DNA of 64,000 bases, from positions 26,853 to 90,852 of IMG/VR virus record IMGVR_UViG_3300020045_002497; one strand, written 5' to 3'. Below, in pieces: positions 31,250-40,766 of the stretch (the stretch's first letter is position 1; each line of letters opens with the position of its first letter). The translations under genes and the position numbers were made by a program. The DNA comes from a virus (lineage: Duplodnaviria; Heunggongvirae; Uroviricota; Caudoviricetes). A model generated the notes under the pieces. It searched no databases. It saw only the letters and a program-made list of their open reading frames with translations, and was not told the origin of the DNA.

Positions 31250-32368
31250 TTAAAATTTATTTATTATTTCATTTGCTATATTTTGAGAACCTAAACAATT
31301 TGGGTGAACTCCATCAGAATCTACTTGAGAAGGTAAAACATTTGGATTATAAACAATATTTGTTTTAATGTTTGTAAAATTTTTATACTTTTCAAAAAAG
31401 ATTAATTCATTTTCAATAGATATATTTAAAGCATCTATTGATGCTTCATTAGCATTATTATAAGGAGAATACATTGAGTATGCAGAATTTTTTAAATGTG
31501 GTATATCTAAATAAAATAATGGTGGTAATATTTCTGTAAATGAAGGTAATTCTGCAAGGTAATCTAAAAATATATAATCACCATTAATGTTTTTTATTTC
31601 AATAGAATGTGATCCTGAACCAAATCCTTCTAAAATAAAAGCATAAGGAGAATAATAAAATCCACCAATATTAACAGAAGTAGTTGTATTAGCTTTACCA
31701 GAGCAATCAAATGTTTTAACTAAATTACCATCTACTCGAATTTCAAATATACCTCTAGCTGCATTTTGACCATATGTACCAATTGCTATTTTATCATTAT
31801 TAAAAGTACCAGTTAATGTACCATTTAATGTATTTGAAGCCATCCAACCTATAGTTCCTCCTGTAGAATACCAAGCTTTAGATTCTAATCCACCATTAGA
31901 ATTAATCCAAGATCCTGTAGTTGTAAAATGAGAAGGATTTGAAAATATTTTAAAATTTTTAGCATACAATAATGCTAAACTAGTTATAATACCACCTTTT
32001 ATCATTTCGAAAGTTTCAGGTGTATTTTCTCTTCTTATATCATTTATACCAGACATTAAAGAAGTTGATGTTAATTTAGGTATTGTTTGCTGCATTGCTG
32101 CTTTAATTGATTCATAAATTCCAGTACTTGGAATAGCATAATCAATATATGTAACACCTATTGTATCTGTAACTATTTTAGCATAACTACCACTAGCACA
32201 ATATCCATATGATGTATACGATATACTATCTCCTAAAATTGAATGAGAATTAGACCACGTATTATCTACAGAATTTTTATTATTAAACCAAAATTGATTA
32301 TTAGGTATCATATTAATATAATGAAATTGTCCAATAAATACTAGTGCCATCATAATAAAATGTAGCAA
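31250..32368 (-). CDS. SGNH/GDSL-family hydrolase (probable carbohydrate esterase)
   Basis: SILGDSISYT carries a GDS(L) block with the catalytic Ser. The C-terminal DSDGVHPN is the classic D-x-x-H catalytic pair of SGNH hydrolases. Confidence 0.6.
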   Translation of the reverse strand: MLHFIMMALVFIGQFHYINMIPNNQFWFNNKNSVDNTWSNSHSILGDSISYTSYGYCASGSYAKIVTDTIGVTYIDYAIPSTGIYESIKAAMQQTIPKLTSTSLMSGINDIRRENTPETFEMIKGGIITSLALLYAKNFKIFSNPSHFTTTGSWINSNGGLESKAWYSTGGTIGWMASNTLNGTLTGTFNNDKIAIGTYGQNAARGIFEIRVDGNLVKTFDCSGKANTTTSVNIGGFYYSPYAFILEGFGSGSHSIEIKNINGDYIFLDYLAELPSFTEILPPLFYLDIPHLKNSAYSMYSPYNNANEASIDALNISIENELIFFEKYKNFTNIKTNIVYNPNVLPSQVDSDGVHPNCLGSQNIANEIINKF

Positions 32369-32717
32369 TATCTTTATAATTAGCAGTTGTACTTAGTGTT
32401 AATGTAGAAGATCCTTGAGTACCCATTACAATAGAATTACTTGGTAATGTAATTGTTCTTGAACCTACATTATCTTGAATAATTACAATTGTACCATAAT
32501 CACCGGCTGTTAAATTTAATAAATTTAAAGTAAGATTATTTGTTAATGTTACTTGACTATTATAACCTTTTTTTAAATCCCAGATGATAATTGAAGTACT
32601 TAATAATACTATTGGATTTTGATAATCTATAAGTTCATTAATCTTTGTAAAGTAATGTTTAACATCTGTTAACCATGCTCCTGTAAAAAACTTTGTTTTA
32701 AGTTTATCTATACTCAT
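32313..32717 (-). CDS. hypothetical tail-module protein
   Basis: ORF track; overlaps the previous gene end by about 56 nt. Confidence 0.4.
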   Translation of the reverse strand: MSIDKLKTKFFTGAWLTDVKHYFTKINELIDYQNPIVLLSTSIIIWDLKKGYNSQVTLTNNLTLNLLNLTAGDYGTIVIIQDNVGSRTITLPSNSIVMGTQGSSTLTLSTTANYKDIATFYYDGTSIYWTISLY

Positions 32718-32718
32718 A

Positions 32719-32952
32719 TTATTTAGTTTTAGTTGTTATTTGTTCAAAGTAAAAGCATGCTAATAATGTATCTAGTATGATACCTCCCATACCTACATAT
32801 AATGCATATGTAGCATTAGATTCATACCACGTAGCACCTGTAATAGCTGCAACAATACCTTTAACATAAGTTTGTAGTTTAACCACTTCTGTTTGTGTAT
32901 CACTAAATAAGTTAAATAGTGAGAAGTGAATTTTGTATTTTTTAATTGTCAT
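32719..32952 (-). CDS. small two-TM protein (holin-like, 77 aa)
   Basis: Hydrophobic segments GIVAAITGATW and YALYVGMGGIILDTLLACFYF. Lies immediately downstream of the peptidase-like gene. Confidence 0.35.
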   Translation of the reverse strand: MTIKKYKIHFSLFNLFSDTQTEVVKLQTYVKGIVAAITGATWYESNATYALYVGMGGIILDTLLACFYFEQITTKTK

Positions 32953-32953
32953 G

Positions 32954-33502
32954 CTATTTTATTTCTTTTAAAAGTGTATAAGTAAAATCTTTTTGTTTGG
33001 AAGCTTGACATCTTTTAATAAGATATTCAAAATCTTTAGGATCATTTAATACCTGACATCCAGCTGACCATTTATCAATAATACTAGATATAGCTGAGGG
33101 ATTAGCTCTATGTATATTAATACCAAATAACCCAGTTTCAGTAATTGCTGTTTCTTCAGCAAAGTCATCCTTATCCCCATCTCTATAAACTACTACATTC
33201 TTTCTTTGACAAAGAGCCAAGTATTTACCTTGATGTAAATCTAATTTCCATGTGTTAACATATTGATTAGGTTTAAGTAATGCTGCACCTTTAGGATTTA
33301 ATAGATTCTTTAACCAATGTACACCAGGATTAGTTGTACCTGTAAACCATGTGATTGTATTATTTTCTATTAGTCCTATAAGATCATCAAACTTATTAGG
33401 TAAATTAGCATCACTTCTGATACCAACTATTTGAAATGGAAACCAAGTATAACCTAGTTTAACATATTCTTTTTGTAATTCTTCTATTGTAAGTTTTTTC
33501 AT
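32954..33502 (-). CDS. Cys/His peptidase-like protein (His-x17-SAGC signature; YkuD L,D-transpeptidase-like or permuted NlpC/P60-like); putative peptidoglycan-acting enzyme
   Basis: GINIHRANPSAISSIIDKWSAGCQVLN places His 17 residues before a S-x-G-C block, as in the YkuD H...SHGC(I/V)R catalytic signature. Family assignment is tentative. Confidence 0.4.
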   Translation of the reverse strand: MKKLTIEELQKEYVKLGYTWFPFQIVGIRSDANLPNKFDDLIGLIENNTITWFTGTTNPGVHWLKNLLNPKGAALLKPNQYVNTWKLDLHQGKYLALCQRKNVVVYRDGDKDDFAEETAITETGLFGINIHRANPSAISSIIDKWSAGCQVLNDPKDFEYLIKRCQASKQKDFTYTLLKEIK

Positions 33503-33503
33503 T

Positions 33504-34613
33504 TTAATCTTGTACTAATATTAAATCATATTCTCCTTCAGCTGAAGTATTGCTATTTGTAACATTTAAAACAGTTAGTTTAGTCATACTTTTACCCTGT
33601 ACTATAAATGGTGTTGAATTTGTATAATCTAATTCTATAAAAGAAGTTCCACTATTATTTAATCCCATTTGTGTTTTAAGTTGAAATACACCACCAAATG
33701 GTTTATTCAACAATTGGATAGTAGCTCCACTGTTTGCAACAGGATTAGTCATTTTACCTCTTACTCTCACGATATAACCCTTATATCCTACTGGTACCAT
33801 ATAAATAGTTGATACACTTTGATTAAAACCAATTGGCATATTTATCGTAACTGTACCATCAGTAATAGCAGTTCCAGTTATTACTCCTATATTATTTGTT
33901 GAACCTGTATTTTGAAGCAGATGTATATGAACATAAGAATTAACTGTTGGTACATTAGTAAGTCCATTCATTGTAATAGTTTCACTAACTGCATTAAAAC
34001 TATCGTTAATTCCACGTATCAATATAGTCATTGTGTCAGAAGCAGAAGTACTAACAAAATTATGTATTCTTGCTGTTGTAGGTTGAACATAAGTTCCATT
34101 AATTCCCCATAAATCTTCTGGTAAAGTCCCTGTATCAACATCATCGTTTAATCCAAACTTTGTAATAGTTGATGAACCTGGAATATTCCCTTTTGATATC
34201 TCAAAGAAATAGTTTTTAGGAATAAGTGTAGATATAATTGTTAACAGAGAATTAGCAGTATCTTGATTTGCTCTAGTAGCAAAATCTTTAGCATTTAATG
34301 TAGTAAATTTTTCAAGTAATCTTTTAAATAGAGATATTAAACTAAATGTACCTGTATCACTACTTGCTGAACTATCAGCTTTAACACCTAAATCAACACT
34401 ACTGATAGGTTGTGTATCTAAAGGTGTAGTTCTTTCAGCTAATGTAGCATCCGTACTTGCGCCTATAGGTAATGCAGGATTACCTTCAAATAATACTAAT
34501 CTTTTAGTATAAGTACCAATCCATATTAAACCATTATCTTGTGTATATTTTACACCTGATTCAGCTAATCTACCAGAATTAATTCTATCTATTTGCTGTT
34601 TAGTATAATACAT
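33504..34613 (-). CDS. hypothetical tail-module protein (369 aa)
   Basis: ORF track. Confidence 0.5.
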   Translation of the reverse strand: MYYTKQQIDRINSGRLAESGVKYTQDNGLIWIGTYTKRLVLFEGNPALPIGASTDATLAERTTPLDTQPISSVDLGVKADSSASSDTGTFSLISLFKRLLEKFTTLNAKDFATRANQDTANSLLTIISTLIPKNYFFEISKGNIPGSSTITKFGLNDDVDTGTLPEDLWGINGTYVQPTTARIHNFVSTSASDTMTILIRGINDSFNAVSETITMNGLTNVPTVNSYVHIHLLQNTGSTNNIGVITGTAITDGTVTINMPIGFNQSVSTIYMVPVGYKGYIVRVRGKMTNPVANSGATIQLLNKPFGGVFQLKTQMGLNNSGTSFIELDYTNSTPFIVQGKSMTKLTVLNVTNSNTSAEGEYDLILVQD

Positions 34614-34810
34614 TATAATTTAATTTTAGAATCTTTTAATTCTTTTCTCCATTTCCAAATAGTATATGCTACAGTAACTCCTATTCCAATAAGTCCTGCT
34701 AAATCTTTCCATTGTCCTATTGTATAACTACCGAGTAACATAAGTGGTACGTCTATTAAATCTATAAGTTTATGTATTTTTTGTTGTAAAATGTCTAGTA
34801 AATGTTTCAT
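34613..34810 (-). CDS. small membrane protein (65 aa)
   Basis: Hydrophobic helix LAGLIGIGVTVAYTIW. Confidence 0.4.
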   Translation of the reverse strand: MKHLLDILQQKIHKLIDLIDVPLMLLGSYTIGQWKDLAGLIGIGVTVAYTIWKWRKELKDSKIKL

Positions 34811-34817
34811 TGTATTA

Positions 34818-35405
34818 TTAATAAATTAATTGTGATACGATGTAATTTTTTTTCGCTAAATATCCTAAATCAGTTAAGTGTACATTGTCAGCTGTAAACC
34901 ATAAAGGATTAATATTAGCTTTTCCGTAAGTATACCAATCAATAAATTTTATATTTAAAGTTGTTGATATTGTTTGTAAACCAGCCAATGCAATTGTTTC
35001 ATAATTAACATAAAAATATGTAGCATTTTCTAAAAACACATCACTCGTTAAAATTATGTTGCTATAATTCCAACCCTTTAATAATGCTTCTGTAATTAAA
35101 TCATTAATACCAGATAAAAAAGTAATTGGAGTACATAAAGGTCGCCAACAATCATTTAATCCAAATGTAATAAATAAGTATTTATCTGAAACTCTTTTTT
35201 GTGGAATATCAGTTATAGTAGTTGGAGCAGCACTCGTTTGACTAGCGGTAGTTCCATTTACAGCTAAATTTTGTTCACGAGTATTATAATGAGTACATAC
35301 TAATGAACTCCATCTATTTGCTGGAACACTAGCTCCTACTCCAAAAGTAACACTATCACCTTTGAATACCAAATTAGTTGGTATTGCTTGTACTATGTAT
35401 CTCAT
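34818..35405 (-). CDS. SGNH/GDSL-like hydrolase
   Basis: FKGDSVTFG carries a GDS block near the N-terminus and DNVHLTDLGY a D-x-x-H near the C-terminus. This is the second SGNH-like gene in the tail module. Confidence 0.5.
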   Translation of the reverse strand: MRYIVQAIPTNLVFKGDSVTFGVGASVPANRWSSLVCTHYNTREQNLAVNGTTASQTSAAPTTITDIPQKRVSDKYLFITFGLNDCWRPLCTPITFLSGINDLITEALLKGWNYSNIILTSDVFLENATYFYVNYETIALAGLQTISTTLNIKFIDWYTYGKANINPLWFTADNVHLTDLGYLAKKNYIVSQLIY

Positions 35406-35983
35406 TATACTTTTTTCTTAACTACAACACTAGTTCCTATTCCATAAACAGTAGATATTTGAGTAACAACTCCTGAAGCTATTTGAAGCTTCCAATCTCC
35501 AGCATTTGCACCATTAACAATATGAGCATAATAATCTAATACAGTTGAAGTAGCTGCAACTGTATTATGAGCAGTTCCTGTTAATGTTCCACTACCTACT
35601 GTTATTTCTTCTCTTACAGTAGTTGCAGAAGTACCTTTTCCAAAATATTTTGCATAAAAAGCACATCCAGCAGGAACAACAGTTGCAAATTTACTTCCAC
35701 CTGTTGAACTACATGCAATTCTTATCTTTCCTTCTATAAAATATTCTGTATTAGCCAACATTGGAAAAACTAAATCTGGTATATCAACACCTGTTGATAA
35801 ATCATTTGTTGTATCACCACCTTTAGTGACTAAAACATCTGTAAATAGTTGAGAATATTCTGCAGACGTTAAGTGAATATAATTACCAATATTTAATCCG
35901 CTTAAATCATTATGTTGTGAAATATTTGCACCTCCTAATTGACTATATAGTTTTTTAGGGTTTTTAACTACCGATTGTCCCAT
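35405..35983 (-). CDS. hypothetical tail-module protein
   Basis: ORF track. Confidence 0.5.
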   Translation of the reverse strand: MGQSVVKNPKKLYSQLGGANISQHNDLSGLNIGNYIHLTSAEYSQLFTDVLVTKGGDTTNDLSTGVDIPDLVFPMLANTEYFIEGKIRIACSSTGGSKFATVVPAGCAFYAKYFGKGTSATTVREEITVGSGTLTGTAHNTVAATSTVLDYYAHIVNGANAGDWKLQIASGVVTQISTVYGIGTSVVVKKKV

Positions 35984-36330
35984 TATTTATAATATTCTAT
36001 GTGTAATGTATGAGTACCTGCTGTTGTTTGAATAAATTTAATATTATCTAAATTAGGTTTACCTGTAACATCAAATACTGTTAAATGATTTAAAGCTTTA
36101 CCATCAGTTGAAGTTGGTATAGAAGATATTAAATATCTAACAGGTACACTTGCTGTAATTGTAGATTCTAAAGTTATATCTGCATATTTTGCATTTACAG
36201 GTACTGTTAAACTTACAACTGTTCCAGCAACTGTTAATTTTTGATACCCACATGCTATTAAATTAGATTTATTTATTCTTACCAGTTCTGATAAATAACT
36301 CTTAGATTGATTTCCGAATCCTGAACTCAT
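35983..36330 (-). CDS. hypothetical protein
   Basis: ORF track. Confidence 0.5.
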   Translation of the reverse strand: MSSGFGNQSKSYLSELVRINKSNLIACGYQKLTVAGTVVSLTVPVNAKYADITLESTITASVPVRYLISSIPTSTDGKALNHLTVFDVTGKPNLDNIKFIQTTAGTHTLHIEYYK

Positions 36331-36342
36331 TGTATTTTAATT

Positions 36343-36969
36343 TTATTGTTTTAATTGACATTCACAAATGTCACATTCTTTCATTAATTTAGCTACTATA
36401 ATATTAAAATCACTTTCTGATAAGCAGTTTAAAACAGTACATTGACCATTTTTAAATTTATACCAAGTAAGTGTTTGAACAATATCTCCAGTAGATATTG
36501 TTGATATTATAAATTCTATTGATTCAGTATCACATTCTCCTAATATATGTACATAAACATATCTAGAATCTCTTGTATCCGGATCAATGATAACATGATA
36601 CCCATTATCAGGTAATGCTACATCTAATAATTCTAAAAATATTTCAACTTTAGTTTTAACTCCATCTCCAGGTAAAGTACTTTCTACACCATTAATAGAT
36701 AATGTATAATTTCTTAAGGGATTTGTTGGATTTGATAAATAATCAATATAATCATCATAATCAAATCTTAATGCAAATTCAGAATTAATTTCAGTATTAG
36801 TATTGTAACATTTTAATGTTTCAAACCAATCATTCATTAATTTAAGTTTTTGTAATTCTGAATCAGCACATTTATCTCCTATAGAATATAATTTAGATAC
36901 TTTAACAGCCTGAGCTGAAATACAGCACAAGCTATTTGTTAAAACTATATTTAAGTTATCTGTTGTCAT
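36343..36969 (-). CDS. hypothetical Cys-rich protein
   Basis: ORF track; CDICECQ and other cysteine pairs. Confidence 0.5.
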   Translation of the reverse strand: MTTDNLNIVLTNSLCCISAQAVKVSKLYSIGDKCADSELQKLKLMNDWFETLKCYNTNTEINSEFALRFDYDDYIDYLSNPTNPLRNYTLSINGVESTLPGDGVKTKVEIFLELLDVALPDNGYHVIIDPDTRDSRYVYVHILGECDTESIEFIISTISTGDIVQTLTWYKFKNGQCTVLNCLSESDFNIIVAKLMKECDICECQLKQ

Positions 36970-37541
36970 TATAATATATATTTATAAACAGTAGCTTTTT
37001 TAAGTACTAAACTATTTGCTGTAGATGCTGAAGTATTTTCAGCAGAAAATTCTATATTTAATATAGTTGATAAATCTACAACAGAAGTATCCGTTGTTAA
37101 TAGTGGTAATGTTACTGTATCAATATCCTGTCTTATAGTCCAAAACTCACTAGTAACTGAAATTCTTGAAATTTTAATCTTCAATTCTCTTGAATCACTT
37201 ACAGTAGATGATTTAAATAAAGTATATATTTTAGATCCTAATTTTATTCTATAAGTTACATTAGCACTAGTACTAGTTGTTAATAGAAAATAAAGTTCTA
37301 ATTCACTACCATCAGTTAATAATGTATTAGCAGGCATAGCATAAGTAAACAATGTAGTTTCAACTAAACTTGCAGGAGTACCTACTCCAGTACTACTATT
37401 ATATGTTGTTAATATTGTAGTACCATTTTGTCCATTGGCACCTGTTAATCCAGTATCACCTTTTACACCATTAGTACCATTAGTACCAGGTATACCTTGT
37501 GGTCCAACAGGTATTGTTATTTCATTGCAATCTGTACACAT
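36969..37541 (-). CDS. collagen-like repeat protein (tail-fibre-like)
   Basis: N-terminus GPQGIPGTNGTNGVKGDTGLTGANGQNGT is a G-X-Y collagen triple-helix repeat, as found in phage fibre proteins. Confidence 0.55.
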   Translation of the reverse strand: MCTDCNEITIPVGPQGIPGTNGTNGVKGDTGLTGANGQNGTTILTTYNSSTGVGTPASLVETTLFTYAMPANTLLTDGSELELYFLLTTSTSANVTYRIKLGSKIYTLFKSSTVSDSRELKIKISRISVTSEFWTIRQDIDTVTLPLLTTDTSVVDLSTILNIEFSAENTSASTANSLVLKKATVYKYIL

Positions 37542-37571
37542 ATTGTATATTTAATATAAGGTTTTTATTTG

Positions 37572-38150
37572 TTATTTGCAAGTTTTACACCCACTATTTA
37601 AGCATAATTTATCAATTATTTTTTTAATAGCTGTAAAATTAGCTTCATCTCCACAAGCAGCTGCTTTTTTAAGAGATTGTAATTGAGTCCAAGCAAGGAT
37701 ATAATTTTTGTATTCTGATGAATCTTTACAACAATCACAAGATAAATCTAATGCTGCCAACATATTTGTTACACAACATTCAGAATTACAATAGAAATAT
37801 TTATAAATACTTTTAGTATAAGTATCAGTACCATCAGTAATTGTATAAACAAATAACCATTTTCCATCTACAATATTACTTGGGTTACCTATACTAGATA
37901 AAGGTATATCATATGTAAATGAGGAATTATCTGTAGGAAATAAAGTAGTAGCTAATAAATTTAAAGTATAAGTACTTGTGGAGTTATATGGAGTTATTGT
38001 TAAAGTTGCAGTTACAGCATCAGTTAAATCAATATTTGGAGTACCCCATCCACCAACATTAGTTGTTGAATAGAATCCTGTAGTTTCTTGAAATCTTATT
38101 TGGGTGCAACTATTAATTACACATGTTGAAAAATTTAATTGTAATGCCAT
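37572..38150 (-). CDS. hypothetical Cys-rich protein
   Basis: ORF track; several CxxC pairs near the C-terminus. Confidence 0.5.
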   Translation of the reverse strand: MALQLNFSTCVINSCTQIRFQETTGFYSTTNVGGWGTPNIDLTDAVTATLTITPYNSTSTYTLNLLATTLFPTDNSSFTYDIPLSSIGNPSNIVDGKWLFVYTITDGTDTYTKSIYKYFYCNSECCVTNMLAALDLSCDCCKDSSEYKNYILAWTQLQSLKKAAACGDEANFTAIKKIIDKLCLNSGCKTCK

Positions 38151-38170
38151 TGTTTTAATTTAATTTTAAT

Positions 38171-38216
38171 CAAAAAAAAGCCCCTGGAAACTTTAAGGAA
38201 GAAAAACCAGGGGCTC
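38171..38216 (-). terminator. rho-independent terminator downstream of the 440-aa structural gene
   Basis: 9-bp stem agcccctgg / ccaggggct. A plus-strand A8 run precedes it, giving a T8 run after the hairpin on the minus strand. Confidence 0.55.
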
Positions 38217-38285
38217 ATTATACTAATTAAGGCTTTAAAAGTTAATACATCGAATGATGTAGATTGTAATCTAAGGACTAGATTA

Positions 38286-39608
38286 CTATGCTATTAATGA
38301 AGCAGTTGTAATTCCTGTAGGAGTTCCAGCTAACCATGCACCAATATTTGTTAATAATGCAACACCTTCTGTAGAGAATCCTGCAGTATCTAAATTTGCT
38401 TTATCAAATGGATCAGCAGAACTTACATTAATAGATGGGGTTGCAATATATACTGCTTTTTGAGATAAAGAAACAGACCCCGCACCTGAAGTGAAAGTTT
38501 GATCTTCAAAAGTTAACACTATAATATCATAAAAATATTTTACTAAGAATGCAGTACCAGCAACTACTGCTGTTAATGGAGTAGTAAGGATGAAAGTAGT
38601 AGTGTCAACGATAAATTTAATTTCATAAATAACACCATTTAAACTTACAATTTCACCACCTCTTAATCCTGCAGTTGAAGTAGCAACTACTACTACATCT
38701 GATGTTACAGCATTTGAAGTTGTACCTGAAGCAGCAGCTAAAGCTCCTGTTGGAGTTGTAGCAGCAGCAACAACACTTGCAGATAAATATCCTGTATTAA
38801 CTACATTAAATTTAACATCTTGAGATGGCCACATTCTACGATTAGATAATCCTTCGTATTGATATTCAAAATTTTCTTTATTATAAACTTGGTTATAAGT
38901 ACCAGTTCCATAAGAATTAGCTTGAATTTGTGTACAAGTAGTTGTAGTTCCAAATCCTGTTGAATCATCAACTTGAACTGAAAAATACACACGGTTTTCT
39001 TTATATGTGCTAGATTGGAATTGATTAATATCCTTAGCAGAAATTTCAACACCATAATCGGTAGCTGCAGTTAAACCGTATACTCCAGTACCATCACCTA
39101 CAACAATAGCTTCAACTAATGTTTTAAAACCACCGTTGTTGATTGTTGCTGCAATTTGAGTTGCAATAGATAATTGTGTAGCTGTAGCAGAAGAAGTAAA
39201 ACCAATTCTTAATACTTCTGGACGTTCAGAATATAATGCTTTATCATTTTTAAAGTTAATACTTCCAGAATAATCTGTAGAATTGTTAACTTCAATAGTT
39301 CCTGTACCTGTTTTACGACTATGTCCAATAGACCATACTTCACGAGCAGCGGGAGCATATTTTTCAAATCTTGCTGTTTTTACTGAACGACCATTAATAG
39401 TCATTGATTTTTTGAAAGAACCATCAGAATATGTTTCAGAAAACTGAATATTATCTGTTGCAGTACTTGCAATATAAGGAGAAGCAGCTCCTAAAGCTGT
39501 TTGGTTTGCTTTAAACACACCTAATTTACCAGCAGTTAATGTATTTACATCAGCTTCTAATGCTGAACCATTACCTACAAAAATGTTTGTTACTTTATGA
39601 ATTGACAT
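38286..39608 (-). CDS. abundant structural protein candidate (440 aa)
   Basis: ORF track; T/S/A/G-rich. Followed by a strong terminator, which suggests high expression. Confidence 0.5.
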   Translation of the reverse strand: MSIHKVTNIFVGNGSALEADVNTLTAGKLGVFKANQTALGAASPYIASTATDNIQFSETYSDGSFKKSMTINGRSVKTARFEKYAPAAREVWSIGHSRKTGTGTIEVNNSTDYSGSINFKNDKALYSERPEVLRIGFTSSATATQLSIATQIAATINNGGFKTLVEAIVVGDGTGVYGLTAATDYGVEISAKDINQFQSSTYKENRVYFSVQVDDSTGFGTTTTCTQIQANSYGTGTYNQVYNKENFEYQYEGLSNRRMWPSQDVKFNVVNTGYLSASVVAAATTPTGALAAASGTTSNAVTSDVVVVATSTAGLRGGEIVSLNGVIYEIKFIVDTTTFILTTPLTAVVAGTAFLVKYFYDIIVLTFEDQTFTSGAGSVSLSQKAVYIATPSINVSSADPFDKANLDTAGFSTEGVALLTNIGAWLAGTPTGITTASLIA

Positions 39609-39650
39609 TGTTTTTTAATTTTATAATTTATTATTTAAGATATTTTATTA

Positions 39651-40070
39651 TTAAGGATTTACTATTCTAAAATGAATTTTAACAATATCATTTAATACTG
39701 CTGATCCACCATTAGCTATTTTAAATTTAAAACTTCCGTTAGACAAACCTTCAGAAATTACAAATGGAGCTCCTGTTTTTCCAGCAGCATATTCTATTGT
39801 AGCTACAATAATTGAAGTAGATAATACTTTATTATTTGTTACAGTAAAGGGACCAGATACTGCACCTGCGGCTGTTGTTAATGCTATTGTAGTAATTACT
39901 CCTTTATTCGCGTTTATAGTTACACCTGTAGTAATAGATGTTAATTGTGTTACAGTGCCTGCTGTACCATTAACGGTATTAATAATTTCATCTATTTTTG
40001 AAGATAAAATTTTAACACTTGGTATGAATGCGCCTAAAAAATATTTAGGAGAAATTGTTAATATTGCCAT
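39651..40070 (-). CDS. hypothetical structural protein (139 aa)
   Basis: ORF track. Confidence 0.5.
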   Translation of the reverse strand: MAILTISPKYFLGAFIPSVKILSSKIDEIINTVNGTAGTVTQLTSITTGVTINANKGVITTIALTTAAGAVSGPFTVTNNKVLSTSIIVATIEYAAGKTGAPFVISEGLSNGSFKFKIANGGSAVLNDIVKIHFRIVNP

Positions 40071-40088
40071 TTTAATTTAAAATTTTTA

Positions 40089-40766
40089 TTATTCGTTTGT
40101 ATTATTAATCAAAGGATTAAATGATTGTGTTCTTTTACCTTCTATACCTTCTAAAGCTATTGATACTGCTTGATCAATGATTTCTGAATGCATATGTTCA
40201 GATAAATCAAATGTTACACCAGTAGTAATATTAACTGTAGCTGGTTGTTTAATGTATCTCATTCTATAATCTACGATTGTACAAGATGATATTAATTCAA
40301 CTCTTCCTGCTTCCATTAATCTAATGACTTTAGAATCATTAGGTTGTTTAAAAGGATCTTTGATTACTTTAGAAAATTCTGAATGACTTGTTGGTACAAC
40401 TTCAACTAATTGTGTTACTGGTGAACCACATACAGTACATGTAATATTACATCTTTCTTGTACAGTAAACCAATGATCAGTAGGTAAAGTTAAAAATCTT
40501 GCAGCTACATCAATATTATCTGAAGCATACGCTAAAGGTGTTAATACTGCATTTACTGTAACATTTTTTAAATCTTCAGTTCTTTTCTGAGTTTCTTCAA
40601 AAGATTGTCTTTTATTATTAGAAAGACCATACCTTTGTTTAATAATTCTTTGTTGAGCATTATTTAAAATTAAATCTATTTCTTCTGGTAAGAAGTTAGG
40701 ATAATTTAGAGCATCTAATTTATCACATCTAAATTTAAATTCTTGATGAGCTTCTACAATAGTCAT
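40089..40766 (-). CDS. hypothetical structural protein
   Basis: ORF track. Confidence 0.5.
   Translation of the reverse strand: MTIVEAHQEFKFRCDKLDALNYPNFLPEEIDLILNNAQQRIIKQRYGLSNNKRQSFEETQKRTEDLKNVTVNAVLTPLAYASDNIDVAARFLTLPTDHWFTVQERCNITCTVCGSPVTQLVEVVPTSHSEFSKVIKDPFKQPNDSKVIRLMEAGRVELISSCTIVDYRMRYIKQPATVNITTGVTFDLSEHMHSEIIDQAVSIALEGIEGKRTQSFNPLINNTNE

Noticed and set aside
31067-34112. Plus-strand ORFs 31067..31294 and 33912..34112 antisense to tail genes
   Set aside because: Antisense overlaps without motif or context support.
38801-39055. 84-aa ORF nested in the 440-aa structural gene
   Set aside because: Alternative frame of a well-supported gene.
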